From Convolutriloba macropyga (lineage: Eukaryota): 64,000 bases of DNA. Each line of letters starts with the position of its first letter. Positions within the stretch are counted from its first letter, which is position 1. The notes below the pieces were generated by a model. That model was not told the origin of the DNA. It saw only the letters and a list, made by a program, of their open reading frames with translations, and did not search any database. The stretch covers positions 30,008,001-30,072,000 of the forward strand of contig NC_134470.1 in assembly GCF_964194025.1 (NCBI RefSeq), in the 5' to 3' direction. Positions 1 through 12,500 of this stretch are shown piece after piece. A program made the position numbers and the translations under genes.

Positions 1-760
1 GATGAATCATTGGTCTATACTCTGACACTCAGATCCGGGAGGTTGGGAACACGCGCGCAGGTTGGAATCTTTTTCTGGAAAGAACTAATTTTAATTATGA
101 AAAAAATTTGGCTCAACCTGTGAAAAGAATTAGGCTAAACAACTTTTTGAGATTCCCCGACTATTCATATCAAGTAACTATTTACAGTTCCCTGGAACTA
201 TTCAATCTTTTTATGAAGTCAAGAACCAGAGTGGGGTGAGTTAATCGAATTTTTTCATCAAAAAAAGTCCTGAAGAAATTAATTTAAGTTTCATTGAAAA
301 CTTATGTTTTCGAAACGTGGCTGGGAATTGAGTTATTGACCACACTCTATTCGATGAACATAAACTAGGAGCCAGCGTCCCTGCCAAATATAGCGCCCCT
401 GATTTTGGAATTTAAAACATAAAAAGAGCCCAATAGTGCTTTTGATTTGGTAGTAGTGGCTGCTCGTAATGAAGCTCAATAAAATTCAAAATTTTGTTGC
501 TCTTTAGTTGACTCTTAACTTCAGTTTATGAAATTGGTTCCAGTAAAAACATTCTATTTTCGCTATTATCACCACCTAATCGTATTTGCAGGTCGAATAT
601 ATGTATATTCCGGTAGCTTTCTTATAATTATCTGAAAAATGATTTTCAAAAACGCAAATAAGACTTTGAAGAGATGTTAGGAGCAAATTAGGATAGAGAA
701 GAGTCATAAAACCTTACAACAATTAATCAAAACCTGAAAAAGAAGCAAAAAAATCAAACG
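1..760. repeat. Direct repeat copy 1 (~750 bp, truncated by window start)
   Basis: Collinear and highly similar to ~1654-2400 (shared GGGAGGTTGGGAA.ACGCGCGCAGGTTGGAAT and GTAGTAGTGGCTGCTCGTAATGAAGCTCAATAAAATTC). Confidence 0.85.
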
Positions 761-1653
761 ATAACTATGTTTCTTGAGTGCATGCTCTAGTGAGCATAAG
801 AAAAATTGTATCAGGTCAATAAGTTGTTTCAAGGGACTGCAAGAAAAAATAACCACATTACGCAATCCGCAAAAAATTGAATCCCCGAATTTATTAAATG
901 TTTAAATCGTTGAATCCTTCAATTCAAGCTTTTCACAAAGAATTTCAATTAATGAATCAATCCACGAAGATCACCCTCACGCAAACCTCAACCTCCACTT
1001 CAACCCACCTCCACCACCACCTCAACTCCTGCCACCTCCCCTTCCACTGCCACCCCCACCTTCAGCCCAACTCCATATGTAAGATCTTAATTGTAAGATG
1101 AGATGTTGCTGCTAAAAATTAATATTTAAAATAACTTCATGCCATAGTTCAGGTTCTATGCCGGAAGCTGCCTAAAAGTGCACAAAGACGCTGGAAGGTG
1201 ACCATCTTGTTTAAATAACTAATTCAGACACCATTCACGATCACCCCTCCTCAACCAGACCTGCATTGTTCTAAACTGCATTCTAAACTGCATTGCTTCT
1301 AAACTCTACCTCTGACCCACTATCTCACTTTTGTCCTTGTTACAAATCAAAATAGCAGATAGCATGTGCGGCCATTTTATCATTTATCGTCTTGCTCAAG
1401 TTCAAAATTTTCAATTTTTGTCGATTTTCTCTGTTCAGTCTGTTAATATATCACTCTGTTTTTGCTGAGTTAATTCTGTCAATTATCCACGCTGAGATCT
1501 ACCGAAGTTCAGCAGTAAGCCATTTTCAGTTGGAGATCAGGGTTTGAAAAGTTCCTCTCAATGTTAGCTCTACCGTTAGACTTAAAAAACATCGTTTGTT
1601 TAAATGATTTCGTACATATTTGCTATGTTTGAATGGTTTCTAAATTGATGATG

Positions 1654-2400
1654 GATGAAACATGGCTGCTACACTCTGACACTCTGATCTGGGAGGTTGG
1701 GAAGACGCGCGCAGGTTGGAATGATTTTCTGGAAAGAACTAATTTTGATTATAAAAAAAAAACGTTGGCTCGACCTAAGAAAAGAATTAGGCTTAACAAA
1801 TTTTTGAGATTCTCTGACTATGTAAATCAAGTCATTAATTACATCTTTCTGGAACAATTCAGTCTTTTCATAAAGTCAAGAACCAGACTGAGGTGAGTTA
1901 ATCGAATTTTTTTCATCAATAAAAAAGTCCTGAAGAAATTAATTTACGTTTCAATTGAAAACTTATGTTTTCGAAATGTGGCTGGGACTTGAGTTATTGA
2001 CCACTCCCTTTGCGATGAACATAAACTAGGAGCCAGTGCCAAATATAGCGCCCCTGATTTTGGTATTAAAATACAAAAAGAGCAAAATAGTACTTTTGAT
2101 TTGGTAGTAGTGGCTGCTCGTAATGAAGCTCAATAAAATTCAAAATTTTGTTGCTCTTTAGTTGACCCTGAACTTCAGTTTGTGAAATTCGGTTCACTAA
2201 AAACACTGTAGTTTGGCTATTATCACAAGCTATTTGTATTTACAGGTCTAACATATGTAAATTCTGGTAGTTTGATTCTAATTACCCGAAAAATGTTTTT
2301 TAAAAACGCAAATAAGCCTTTGGATAGATTTTAGGAGAAAATTAGGTTAAAGAAGAGTTATAAAACCAAACAACAATTAATTTAAAGCTGAAAAAGTATC
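1654..2400. repeat. Direct repeat copy 2 (period ~1.65 kb)
   Basis: Matches 1-760 with scattered substitutions and indels. Confidence 0.85.
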
Positions 2401-3524
2401 AAAATAAGTTTTAGGTTCGCTTTAGTTATTTCCATCACAATAGTTGATGACCAATTTTGTTTTATTCCACTCCCATCCAAAATATAATTTTGATGAAAAA
2501 TTACCATCTGCGTTATCCTAATGTTCTGTTTTCCAAACATACAGGACTCCAACAGATTCTAAATGGTTCTATGATCATACACAAAAGACTTCACAATTGG
2601 CAGCATCATACTTGCCAGATGAAGCAACTGTTCATTTGAAATTTTAGTAGAAGAACGAAAACAGCGCAAATCCAAGAGTTAGTTGTATGGTTACACCAAA
2701 CACGGCTATGTTTCTGTGCCTGTGGCCCCATCTGCAACCCAAGAGGGTGCGATAAGAACTGTATGGCGTTGAGTACTTCTCAGCCTTCTGAGTACTTCTG
2801 AAGTAAAGCAAAAAGTGACCCAGAATCCTACGTGGTTTCTTATTGCGCTGCAAGTATAACATATTTTGTGCTAGGAATATTGGCCCACAGATCGTTTAGC
2901 CAGCAATTTTTTTTTATGAGAAGTTCAGCCCATAGCTGAGCTCTGATTGGTCAACATATCTGATTGACTAAAGCATCACTAAAGTTCAACCACTACAATT
3001 GAGGGGCGGGTTTTTCAACTGAATTTTTCATTTTGTGGTTGCCCGCTAGACCCCTTGTCGGTCAATTCGGAGATTTCCAGATTGATTCAACAATTCGCAA
3101 AATTTTGCATTTTTTCAATACGCTGCTGCAGGATTAACTGCTGTAAGGGCTATTTCTCTTTTAAAAGTTCAATACTATGCACCGTTCCAGCTCAATTGAG
3201 ATCGAGAGTTCACAAAAAATTATATTCATATATATTCACAAATCAGAATTTCACAAATTTTACATATTTACACATGAAAAGAGAAAGATACATATCTGAA
3301 TTTTGGAGGTGACGGCTACAGACAGCATTGGCATTTATGGCTAAGGTCAAAACAATCACGTTTTAATCGCGGTCTAGTGATCGCTTTTATGATGAATGAA
3401 AGCTGAGATGAGCAAAAAGGCGTAAAGTTTTCGCGCGTTTTCTGGTGTTAAAGAGTATCCATCATTTAATATTGTTAATCTGTATCCATCGGTTTAAAAA
3501 GTCTAAGTTCACATTTTTCTAGCA

Positions 3525-6500
3525 TCAGTTTTGCATTTGGTTTTGAGAATCGTTTATAATTTCTTCTAAGAGACGCGAATCGCTTTTCAAACTTTTCTTT
3601 TCAACGTTTTCTGCTGATTTTTCTTCATTTGCTGATTTTTCTTCTTCCGATTTGTTCAAGTCAAATTTTGCTTCTTCCACTTTTACGTCGCCATTTTTGT
3701 CATCTCTGAAGGTATCTCTATTGTCGCTTTCACTCGAGGGCGATTCTTCTGTGACTGTGACGTCATTGTTATCCATTTTATCATCTTCTACGTCCTCCTC
3801 ATCTTCGGTAAAAGCAAGTTGCTCCGTTTCGGCTTCTGGCTGAGGCGAGAGAAGTTGAAGGCTCGGTTTTCGGCTGGGGTTTTGGCTTTGGGCAATTTGG
3901 CTTGTTGGGGTTGCGCTATTTCGTGAAGAGGGTGGGTTTTCGAGGGTATCAGGGGAGGCAATTGGGAAATCCGAAGTGGTTTTTATGGGTTCTGAGGGCG
4001 ATAGAAGGTCATCGGAGTCCAAAGGTTCAAAAGCGACCTTCTCGTCTGAAAAATATGCAATGCGTTAAAATCAGTGAAAATAAAATGCTGAGAATTGCGA
4101 ATCCAAGGACGCTAAAAAAAGCATCTGAAAAAAAAAACATCCCGATTGAATTGGACAACGGCCATTTCATTTCTCTTTTTTGGTAATTTCTCTCGACACT
4201 TTTCATTAATGTTATTTTTGAGAAATTTTAACAGCAAGGCTTCAGGGCTTTGATATTGATCATTTTTCATATGATAAGATGTATTGAACAACTCATTATT
4301 GATGATGTGAGATGATACATTACAGGTGAATAAAAGAATTACAAACAAAAAAATTGACTAGAGAAAAAATCAACAGGTATCCCATGTTTAAAAAGCCATT
4401 AACTGAGTTGGTATGCTTCGAAATATTTCCTTAAGAGTCCATTATCATTTATTATCGCCCCCTTGTTGTGTCCCGTTATGAACATAGACCACGAGTATCT
4501 GTCTAAATGGAATCTCTCTAAATTAATCTCCGTATGATAAAGCGATTAAAAAATGTGATATGAAACCTGGAATGTACATGTGCTTTTGAATTAAAACACT
4601 CACGTGCACATTTCAAAATGCCGAAAGTCTGCAGTGCCAGACGTTAAAATGCCAGAAGTTCCCCACTTAGCCAGAAGTTGACTCATCATTTTAAAATGTG
4701 TGCGTTTCGTGTTTTAAGAATGGTTACGCGACTCTGCAGAAGTCACCTCAAAAATTCTGACCTAATATCTCTTAAACCGATATTCTCGACAAACGCCAGA
4801 AGTTTTCAGCGACTTCAAGCAGAGTCACGTAATCATTACTTAAAAAAAAACCTTGATGTTTAACATGAGTTATTATCAGTAGTCTAAATTGAAAATGAAA
4901 CTTTTGCAGCAACTTACGATTGTATTTGGATGTATTTGGTTGTAAAGTCATTCTGTTGAAAGCCATTGATTAAAAATTGATTAGGTCTAGCATAAGACAA
5001 GCTTAGTTTTTTTTAAAGAAAATTGTGTACAATTAAACACAAACTGTGTAAAATGGAGAATAAAAATTCGATATAATCTGTTACGGTTCCCCAACGTAAT
5101 GAGCACAAAGTTTTACGCCCCCCAATTACAAGGCTATTTTTTCACAGTATCGTGCTATAAAACAACAAAACAAATAGTAATCGCGATCCTGAAAGGCAGT
5201 GGTCGAGGAGCGGTCAATGTGCCCATAGACAATCATAGGGCAATAGATCCCAAATTTTATATCAAAAATTATCCAGAATATTATAATTTTCGGGGGGATC
5301 ATTCTGCGATGGAGATCAAATTTGCGATATAATGTGAAACCCACACTCTCTGCACAGCAGATGTGATTTTCAAAAACAGCATGGCATTATGGGCGCAGAA
5401 TTTGTCAAGGGCAAAACTTAAATGACGTCGCCTGGTTGAGTAAATAGAGAGTTTATCACACAGCAAGTAAACAATCAGGACAAGAAAAAGTATAAAGACA
5501 TGACGCACTGTCAGAACTGGGGTTGTCTTCTGTCCCCTGTGACTCTAATTCGTCGATCTGTTGTGAAGGTGTTTTTGGTGACGTCACGTCCTGTCCGCTC
5601 TTTTCCACGTCAGATTCATTTTCAACCACAATATTGTGTTGCTCGTGTTGTTCTACTTGTTCTTCTTCTTCTTCTGGTTGTGGTGTCTGCTCAGTTGGTT
5701 GCACATCCGATTTGACTGGTGTCTGACTGGTAGCTGGTTCCACTTCATTGTAAACAACTACAGGTGGATCTGTTGGTACAGGTTCTAGATCAATTACTGG
5801 AGTTGGAGGTTGCTGGGATCCTGCAATAGAAGGAACAGAAACGCTTTTAAAGAGTTTACATTTATATTTCAAGATTCTCTAAATCTTGTGTCAAAAACCT
5901 GCTGCTATCAAAAAGCAACATTTTCCAGTCAACATTCGATTCGCCTTCTACTTGAATCAGTCAAACTTTTTTAAAAAAATATATATATCTGATATTTTAT
6001 TATCTTTATCCTCTTGCATCTATCAAAAAATTAAAATTCAAGATTGATACCGACAGCTGTTTTGTAAGGTGTCACGCAGATCAGGAGAAAACAAAAATAG
6101 AAGACTCGGTCCCATTGGAAATAACTATAGATTAAATTTGAAGAGGTGAGTTCTCCCGTCAAGTTTTAGTATATGTTCTTTAGCAGGTATCTTGAAGTAA
6201 AGATTAAGTGGGCCGTATCGTGATACCACGCATGTGTTTGATTGATCAAGTTAATTGTAATTTCAGAGATCTTTGTTTCTGTATTTTCCAAAACGCGAAG
6301 AACCACAGTTGTCAATACTGCTGCAATGCACCAAAAAGATGATAAAGAGATGTTGTTTACTTATTATTTCACCTGCAGTATTGTGTTATCTGATCATAGA
6401 ACAGATCTAAAGTGATGATTCATTCCTACAGCAGTAACTAGAGAGGGGGAAATAAAAAGAGCCTTACTGTTGGTTCGTTTTGACTTGATACTGGTTCTAG

Positions 6501-9500
6501 TTGAGTCCTTGTTGTTGTTAGTTTGTTGTGCTTGTTCATAGCTCCTGAATAGCGATTGTAGACTCTCGCCTAAAAATAACATTTTCGATGGACAAAAGTA
6601 AGCAAAATGCGAGCTATCGCAGGAGAAGAATTACATATAAATTAGTTCAAAGTAGAAAAAAATCCATAAAATCCATAATCAAAGAACTCAAGATAAGTTA
6701 TAAGATTATAAACTTTCATGTTTTCAAATAAAACTCTGATAAAGAGTATACAAAAATTAGGGATAACTTTTTGGTTAGCATAGAATGCTTGAACGACACA
6801 TCTACTTTAAATATATCATTATTAAGACAACATTCATCGTACCTGACCTTCAATCTCAATGTATCTGCAAAGGCGAAACAACAAATCAACCATTTTGAGC
6901 CTTTGAGCCCAGTTGAGATCAGTATTCACCCGTTAAACAACATAACCGTTTAACGCTCTTTCCGATGAATCACGCACTCCCTCGGCAAAATTTACTTCAC
7001 ATCAGTAAATTACTCAGTTTCACTTTTAGATCACAAGGCAGCCTGGTCATATAAAAATTCCAAAGAAACCACCCCCCCCCCCCAAAAAAAAAAAAATTCA
7101 TCGAGTCGTAAGCATCAAGTAATCAACCGTATACCAGCTATCACTCTGCAGCAAGAAGAAACCACATAACCTACTAGCGCTGGACGAATTGACTGGAGGG
7201 GACTCGATTGTATCGTAGCCTGCTTCAGGTTTAAAGTCTGGGGGAATGGCTTGAGAGTTGGTCGCTGGCAAAGTAGGCCAAAAAGATAAACAATGGGCTT
7301 CAAATGAGGATCTTCGTTATTAGAGGCTATTATAGACCAAACCAACCTTTAGACAGCTTCGTTCTAGATGTTGATATAATATCAGAGTGAGATTCCTCTG
7401 GTATGTCTTTGGGCACGCTCTTGATGTGTGCCAATCTCATGCGTCTACTGGCCAGACTTGGATCCAGTGACACTTGCGGACCACCATGCAAGAGAAGACA
7501 TGTGGATGTCAGACCAAACACCGACGGCTCATTTGTGCATTGCAGGTCAAATTTGGCCACGAGGCAGCTGCGCGACTGAAAAATGCCCAATTGTGATATG
7601 ACCATATCTGGAAGTTTCAGGAGCAATATTTGCAAAATAGACGTGCCAATCAACTGGTACAAAACTGAGTTGATATTGAACGTTTTACAACGGTTGTCGA
7701 TATAACCAGTAAAATTGTATACATGTTTCAAAATAGCGACTGTTGAAATTTTGTAATTCGATGCATAAATATTTGGCAATGTTGATGCTAAATTCATCAA
7801 CTATGAAAATTTTATTGTTTAAGTCATCTTGGATATCATGGACGTAATTGAATGCGAGTAATCTTACCTGATTAGTGTAAATAGGACAGCTATACACTTT
7901 CTGTTGTGATGATAGAACCCTACTGTCATAATCTGCCTTCCTCATTGGTCGAATAGCAATAGGTGGCATCTTCACAGGTGTCGCAGGGCACACAGGTCGC
8001 AGTTTAGACTCCTCCACTCCCCATTCAGAACCCTCGAGATACAAGCTGTGTACAATTAGAGTTATACCTTCTTCGGCAGTTTTACTGTCGGATAGTTTGA
8101 TGTAGCTGAGCGCTGTTGAAACTTCCAAGTTGAGAGCGATCTGAAAATTAAATGACTGAAAAAGCTGTAAAATTTTTCTTAAAAATAAAACTAAACTGTC
8201 CGCTTGCAGCGCAATAAAGCGGTACTTTTGTGGAACTCGAATATCTAATTATAAAGGAAAACAGGTAGCAGGCTGGTACTGCACGGTGACATAAACCTTT
8301 GTCTCTTCACGAAGCCTGTAGTCATTTTAACAGTTTATCTTAAGATAAAATCGGTTAAAAACCCTTCGTTAGCCTTCAATAAGATTTTGATCTGCTGGTT
8401 TCTTTATGAAGTGGGTAATTTGCAACCAAGAAGCAAAATGAAGTCCGAAGTCACGCCAAAAATCTGATTTCAACAGCCTAAATCTCTACTTTCATCATAT
8501 TGTTGATATTAATTTTGATATAGGAGATTAATCTTAGCTGAAGTTTGTTAATGAGCCTTCTAAAAAATTTACCTCGTCAATTGAACACTCGTATTCGTTA
8601 GCTGCTCTTGACTTGAGGTAGCAGAGAATGTTCTCTGGGTTCACCAGTCCACCCAGCCATATCTCCTTGACTGTGCCCCAGCCGATGGCATTCGGGGTCC
8701 TCTTAGAAGGCACTACTCCTCTCTTTAACCAGCTCGAGAACTGTTCATGCCTCAGATTCAGGTCTGCAACGTCAAGACATTTCTAAGTTTATTGATAATA
8801 TTTCATCGTTTATAACTGTTACAGTTTATAACTGTTACTTCAATGACATAGAGCATACGTTTTATTTGATAAGTTTATTATTAACAAAAGTTACCATTCC
8901 TAATTTTAGGTTTTCATTGCAGCTTCAGGTAACTCCAGAGACGTCCAAAAAAATTAATTCCGCAGAAAAAATCGTTGAAAAAGCTATACAAATTAGCCTG
9001 ATATATACCCCAACTTTTAGAGATATAGAGATAAATATGAGCAGCTCATAAGACTCGAAAATCAGATTACGGCACAAAATATCAACTAAAATCAACCAAC
9101 TTTTGAAAACCCATCTCTAGTGTTGTTCATTCTGAATTAGCCTAATTGTTGTGATAAACTTATTAAAAAGTTTCAGAGATGTCAAATGAAAGCGAAGACA
9201 CTGAGCTGTCCAGCTTGCCATTTCTTGGTCAAACACCTATCGCTTCAAAGAATGATGCAAAGAGGGCTAAACCTGACTCCAGTCCTAGTCCGGAATGCTT
9301 ATATGATGTTTTCCTGTCAAAAATAGACAAGATATTCGAAAGCCGCATCCGTATTCTCATCACCACGTGCATTGGGCAAATGCGCAACGATCTTATCCCT
9401 ATAATAAGAAATGAAATTCAAGCTGCAATTCCTAATGCTATTCATTAGGCCATCGAGGCAATCAAAGAAGAATTAAAGGCAGAAATCATGCAAAAAATGA

Positions 9501-12500
9501 GGACGATCTTTTTTACCAAGAACGATGCAGGGTTGTAGCAATGGCTCAAGCTGAAACTGTGGAGAATTATAACAGAAGGGATAACATCAGACTACATGGT
9601 GTGGAAGAAAATGCGAGACAAAACGATGAAGTGATTTTTGTAGGGGAGAAGGATTCTGAAACAATAGAGAATGTTATCGATGTTGCGTCCTCTATGGGTG
9701 TCACTCTCGACGAGAGAGATATATCCACCGCTCATAGACCTCCTGGTGGCAAAACAGTAGAGCGTCGATTATTGTGTGTTTTGCACGATGGGCCAAGAAG
9801 ACAGAAATGTTGCAGAACAAGAAGAAATGGTCCTCGAACGTCAGGGAATTTGATGACATATCACCAGCAGGTGTCAAATTCTTCTCTATGATGGAAAAGG
9901 ATCAAAGAATTGATTCGGTTTGGACACGAGAAGTCACAATATTCTATGTTTGGAGAGAAAATAAGAGAGCATACAAGATAATTGAGCTGAATGAGGCTGC
10001 AAGGAATCTGAATTATGACTTCTGTGAGCTCAGTAAATGCTTCAATCTTTCTCGGAGTAATGTTTTCCCCTCGTCATCGTGTACTGAATTCACCTAAATC
10101 AATGGCTTGTATTTCTTCGCTTTCTGTTCTAAGCCTAAATGTTAGCTCACTAAAAAAACACCCAGAAGATCTGGAAGCACTTGTAAGTAGTCTTCAGACT
10201 CCGCTAGTCATCCTTGTTCAACCGAAACGTGGCTGTCGGAAAATGATAATCCAGTCTTTTATTGTAAATGGCTATATAAGTATATTATCGAAGAATCGTG
10301 ATTCAAAAGGAGGAGGTGTAATGGTACAAATTACTGATAAATGCGCGTTCCAAACAACCTGCAAAAACATGCTAGAAGAGTCATTGGCTGTTAAAATTGA
10401 GAAAGCAGGACATTTTTTTTCGTTCAGTAGTAATTTACAATAAACCAAGAGCAAAAATGGAGCTTGTTGACATTTTGGATGAAATGCTGAGCCATTTCAA
10501 TTCGAAAACTTTTCCAACGGTTATTTGTGGTGATTTCAACATTGATACCTTAAAGGATAATTTACTCATACAAAATTATGTGAATACAATCAACTCCAAC
10601 TTTTCAGCTTCTACCGAACGAACCAACTCGAGTCACTGATCGTTCAGTGTCGTGCATTGATCATTTTATTTACTTGAGCATCAAAGTTTTCGCGATCACT
10701 ATCCCTAACCAACAGTAAGCTTTTAAGAGCTACATCTTTTCTCCATCACCGCGATAAGGTTGATGAATACAATATCTTTTTGAATAAAGAACTAACTGAA
10801 GCGCTCAAATCACCCAACTGCTGTGGAAGCAGGGCTTTCGACGAGTTTCATAAAACTTTCGTTTCGATTTCTGATCGTTTAGCGCCTTTAAAGCATATTC
10901 ATCCTGGAAGAAGTTTTCTACCAAAATGGTTTGATAAAAATCTTAAAATCTACGTAGTCAACGTAAGTTGACGCATAAGAAATGGAAAAAAGACAAATCA
11001 AATTTGAATTTGCTAAACAAATTTCAAAACATTCGGATACGACTCGAAAAGAGCACCAAGAAAGCAAAAAAAACGTATTATAAGAAGAAGTTCGAAAATT
11101 GTATCGGAGACTCAAGACAAATATTCAATCTTCTAAATGAGCTCAATGGAAAGACTCTAATCAATACTACGATTCCTCAATTATATTCCTGTGTTTTGAG
11201 CTCGGATTCTAATCCATCCGCTTTTGAGGTTGCGGAAAAATTTAAGAAGTTTTTTGTAGATGTTGGCAAGAACATTAAGCACAGTATCCCGGCTGAACAA
11301 ATAATTTATCCTAAAGACATTGAAATGTCAATCCGTTTGAGTTCGTTATCCGAAAAACAAATTAAAGGAATCATAGAATCTCTTCCGGAGAAAACATCAT
11401 CGGGTGAAGATGAAATTAAAAACATATTTGGGAAAGCTGCAGGACCTGTGATCACTCGCTATCTAGCTTCAATAATATATCAATCCTTCAAGGAAAGTTG
11501 CTTCCCATCTGAACTCAAAAAAGCTAAGTTAATTCCTCTATTCAAAGATGGTTCCCGGTTGGATGAAAATAATTATAGAACAATATCTCTACTAATGGTT
11601 TGGAGCAAAACATATGAGAGAGCAATTTTCACCAGAATATATGAGTACATGGAAAATTTTATTCTACTATATTCTAAGCAGTTTAGATTCCGGAAAAAAC
11701 ATTCAACAATTGATGCATTGGCGGAATTAACTGAGAAAATAAGGACAAGTAAAGTAGAAACCGTCAATTTTTTTTCTTGACCTCAAAAAGCCTTTTGACA
11801 CATTAGATCACCAAATTTTACTCAACAAAATGGAACTATATGGTATGCGTCATAATGCCTTAAAGTGATTTAAAAGCTATTTATCTGAAAGATCACAAAA
11901 AGTTACAATAGCGGGTGTGTCATCAAATTTGCTAAATATGAACGGTGGCGTTCCCCTTGGGCCACTCTTATTTCTGATTTACATAAATGATCTACCAAAT
12001 GTTTGCTCTCAAGTTGATGTTCATCTCTTTGCCGACGACACAAATATATGAAGAATGAATTGTTCGATGAAAAAATCCAAGCGGACGTTCTAAAGATAAC
12101 GAAGTGGCTAAATGCAAATAAACTAAAGCTTAACATCTCTAAAGTTACAATAGCGGGTGTGTCATCAAATTTCCTAAATATGAACTGTGGCGTTCCCCTT
12201 GGGCCACTCTTATTTCTGATTTACATAAATGATCTACCAAATGTTTGCTCTCAAGTTGATGTTTATCTCTTTGCCGACGACACAAATATATGAAGAATGA
12301 ATTGTTCGATGAAAAAATCCAAGCGGACGTTCTAAAGATAACGAAGTGGCTAAATGCAAATAAACTAAAGCTTAACATCTCTAAAACGTTTCAGTTGAAT
12401 ACAAAAACAAGTGCTTCCAGTCATCAGCAAAATTGAATCTGATTATGTTGTTGACAAAAATGAATGTAAAAAATCTTGGTATAACAGTTGATTCAAAATT

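Noticed and set aside
4600-5330. MITE-like repeats (GCCAGAAGT motifs; CCCCCC/GGGGGG arms)
   Set aside because: Too degenerate; no convincing TIR pair or TSD.
3652-5726. Ser/Cys-rich plus-strand ORFs (3652, 5500, 5523)
   Set aside because: Antisense shadows of the acidic minus-strand exons.
6373-6389. Additional 17-nt dynein microexon (AG|ATAACACAATACTGCAG|GT)
   Set aside because: Including it breaks phase with the next exon at 5820, and I found no compensating exon.
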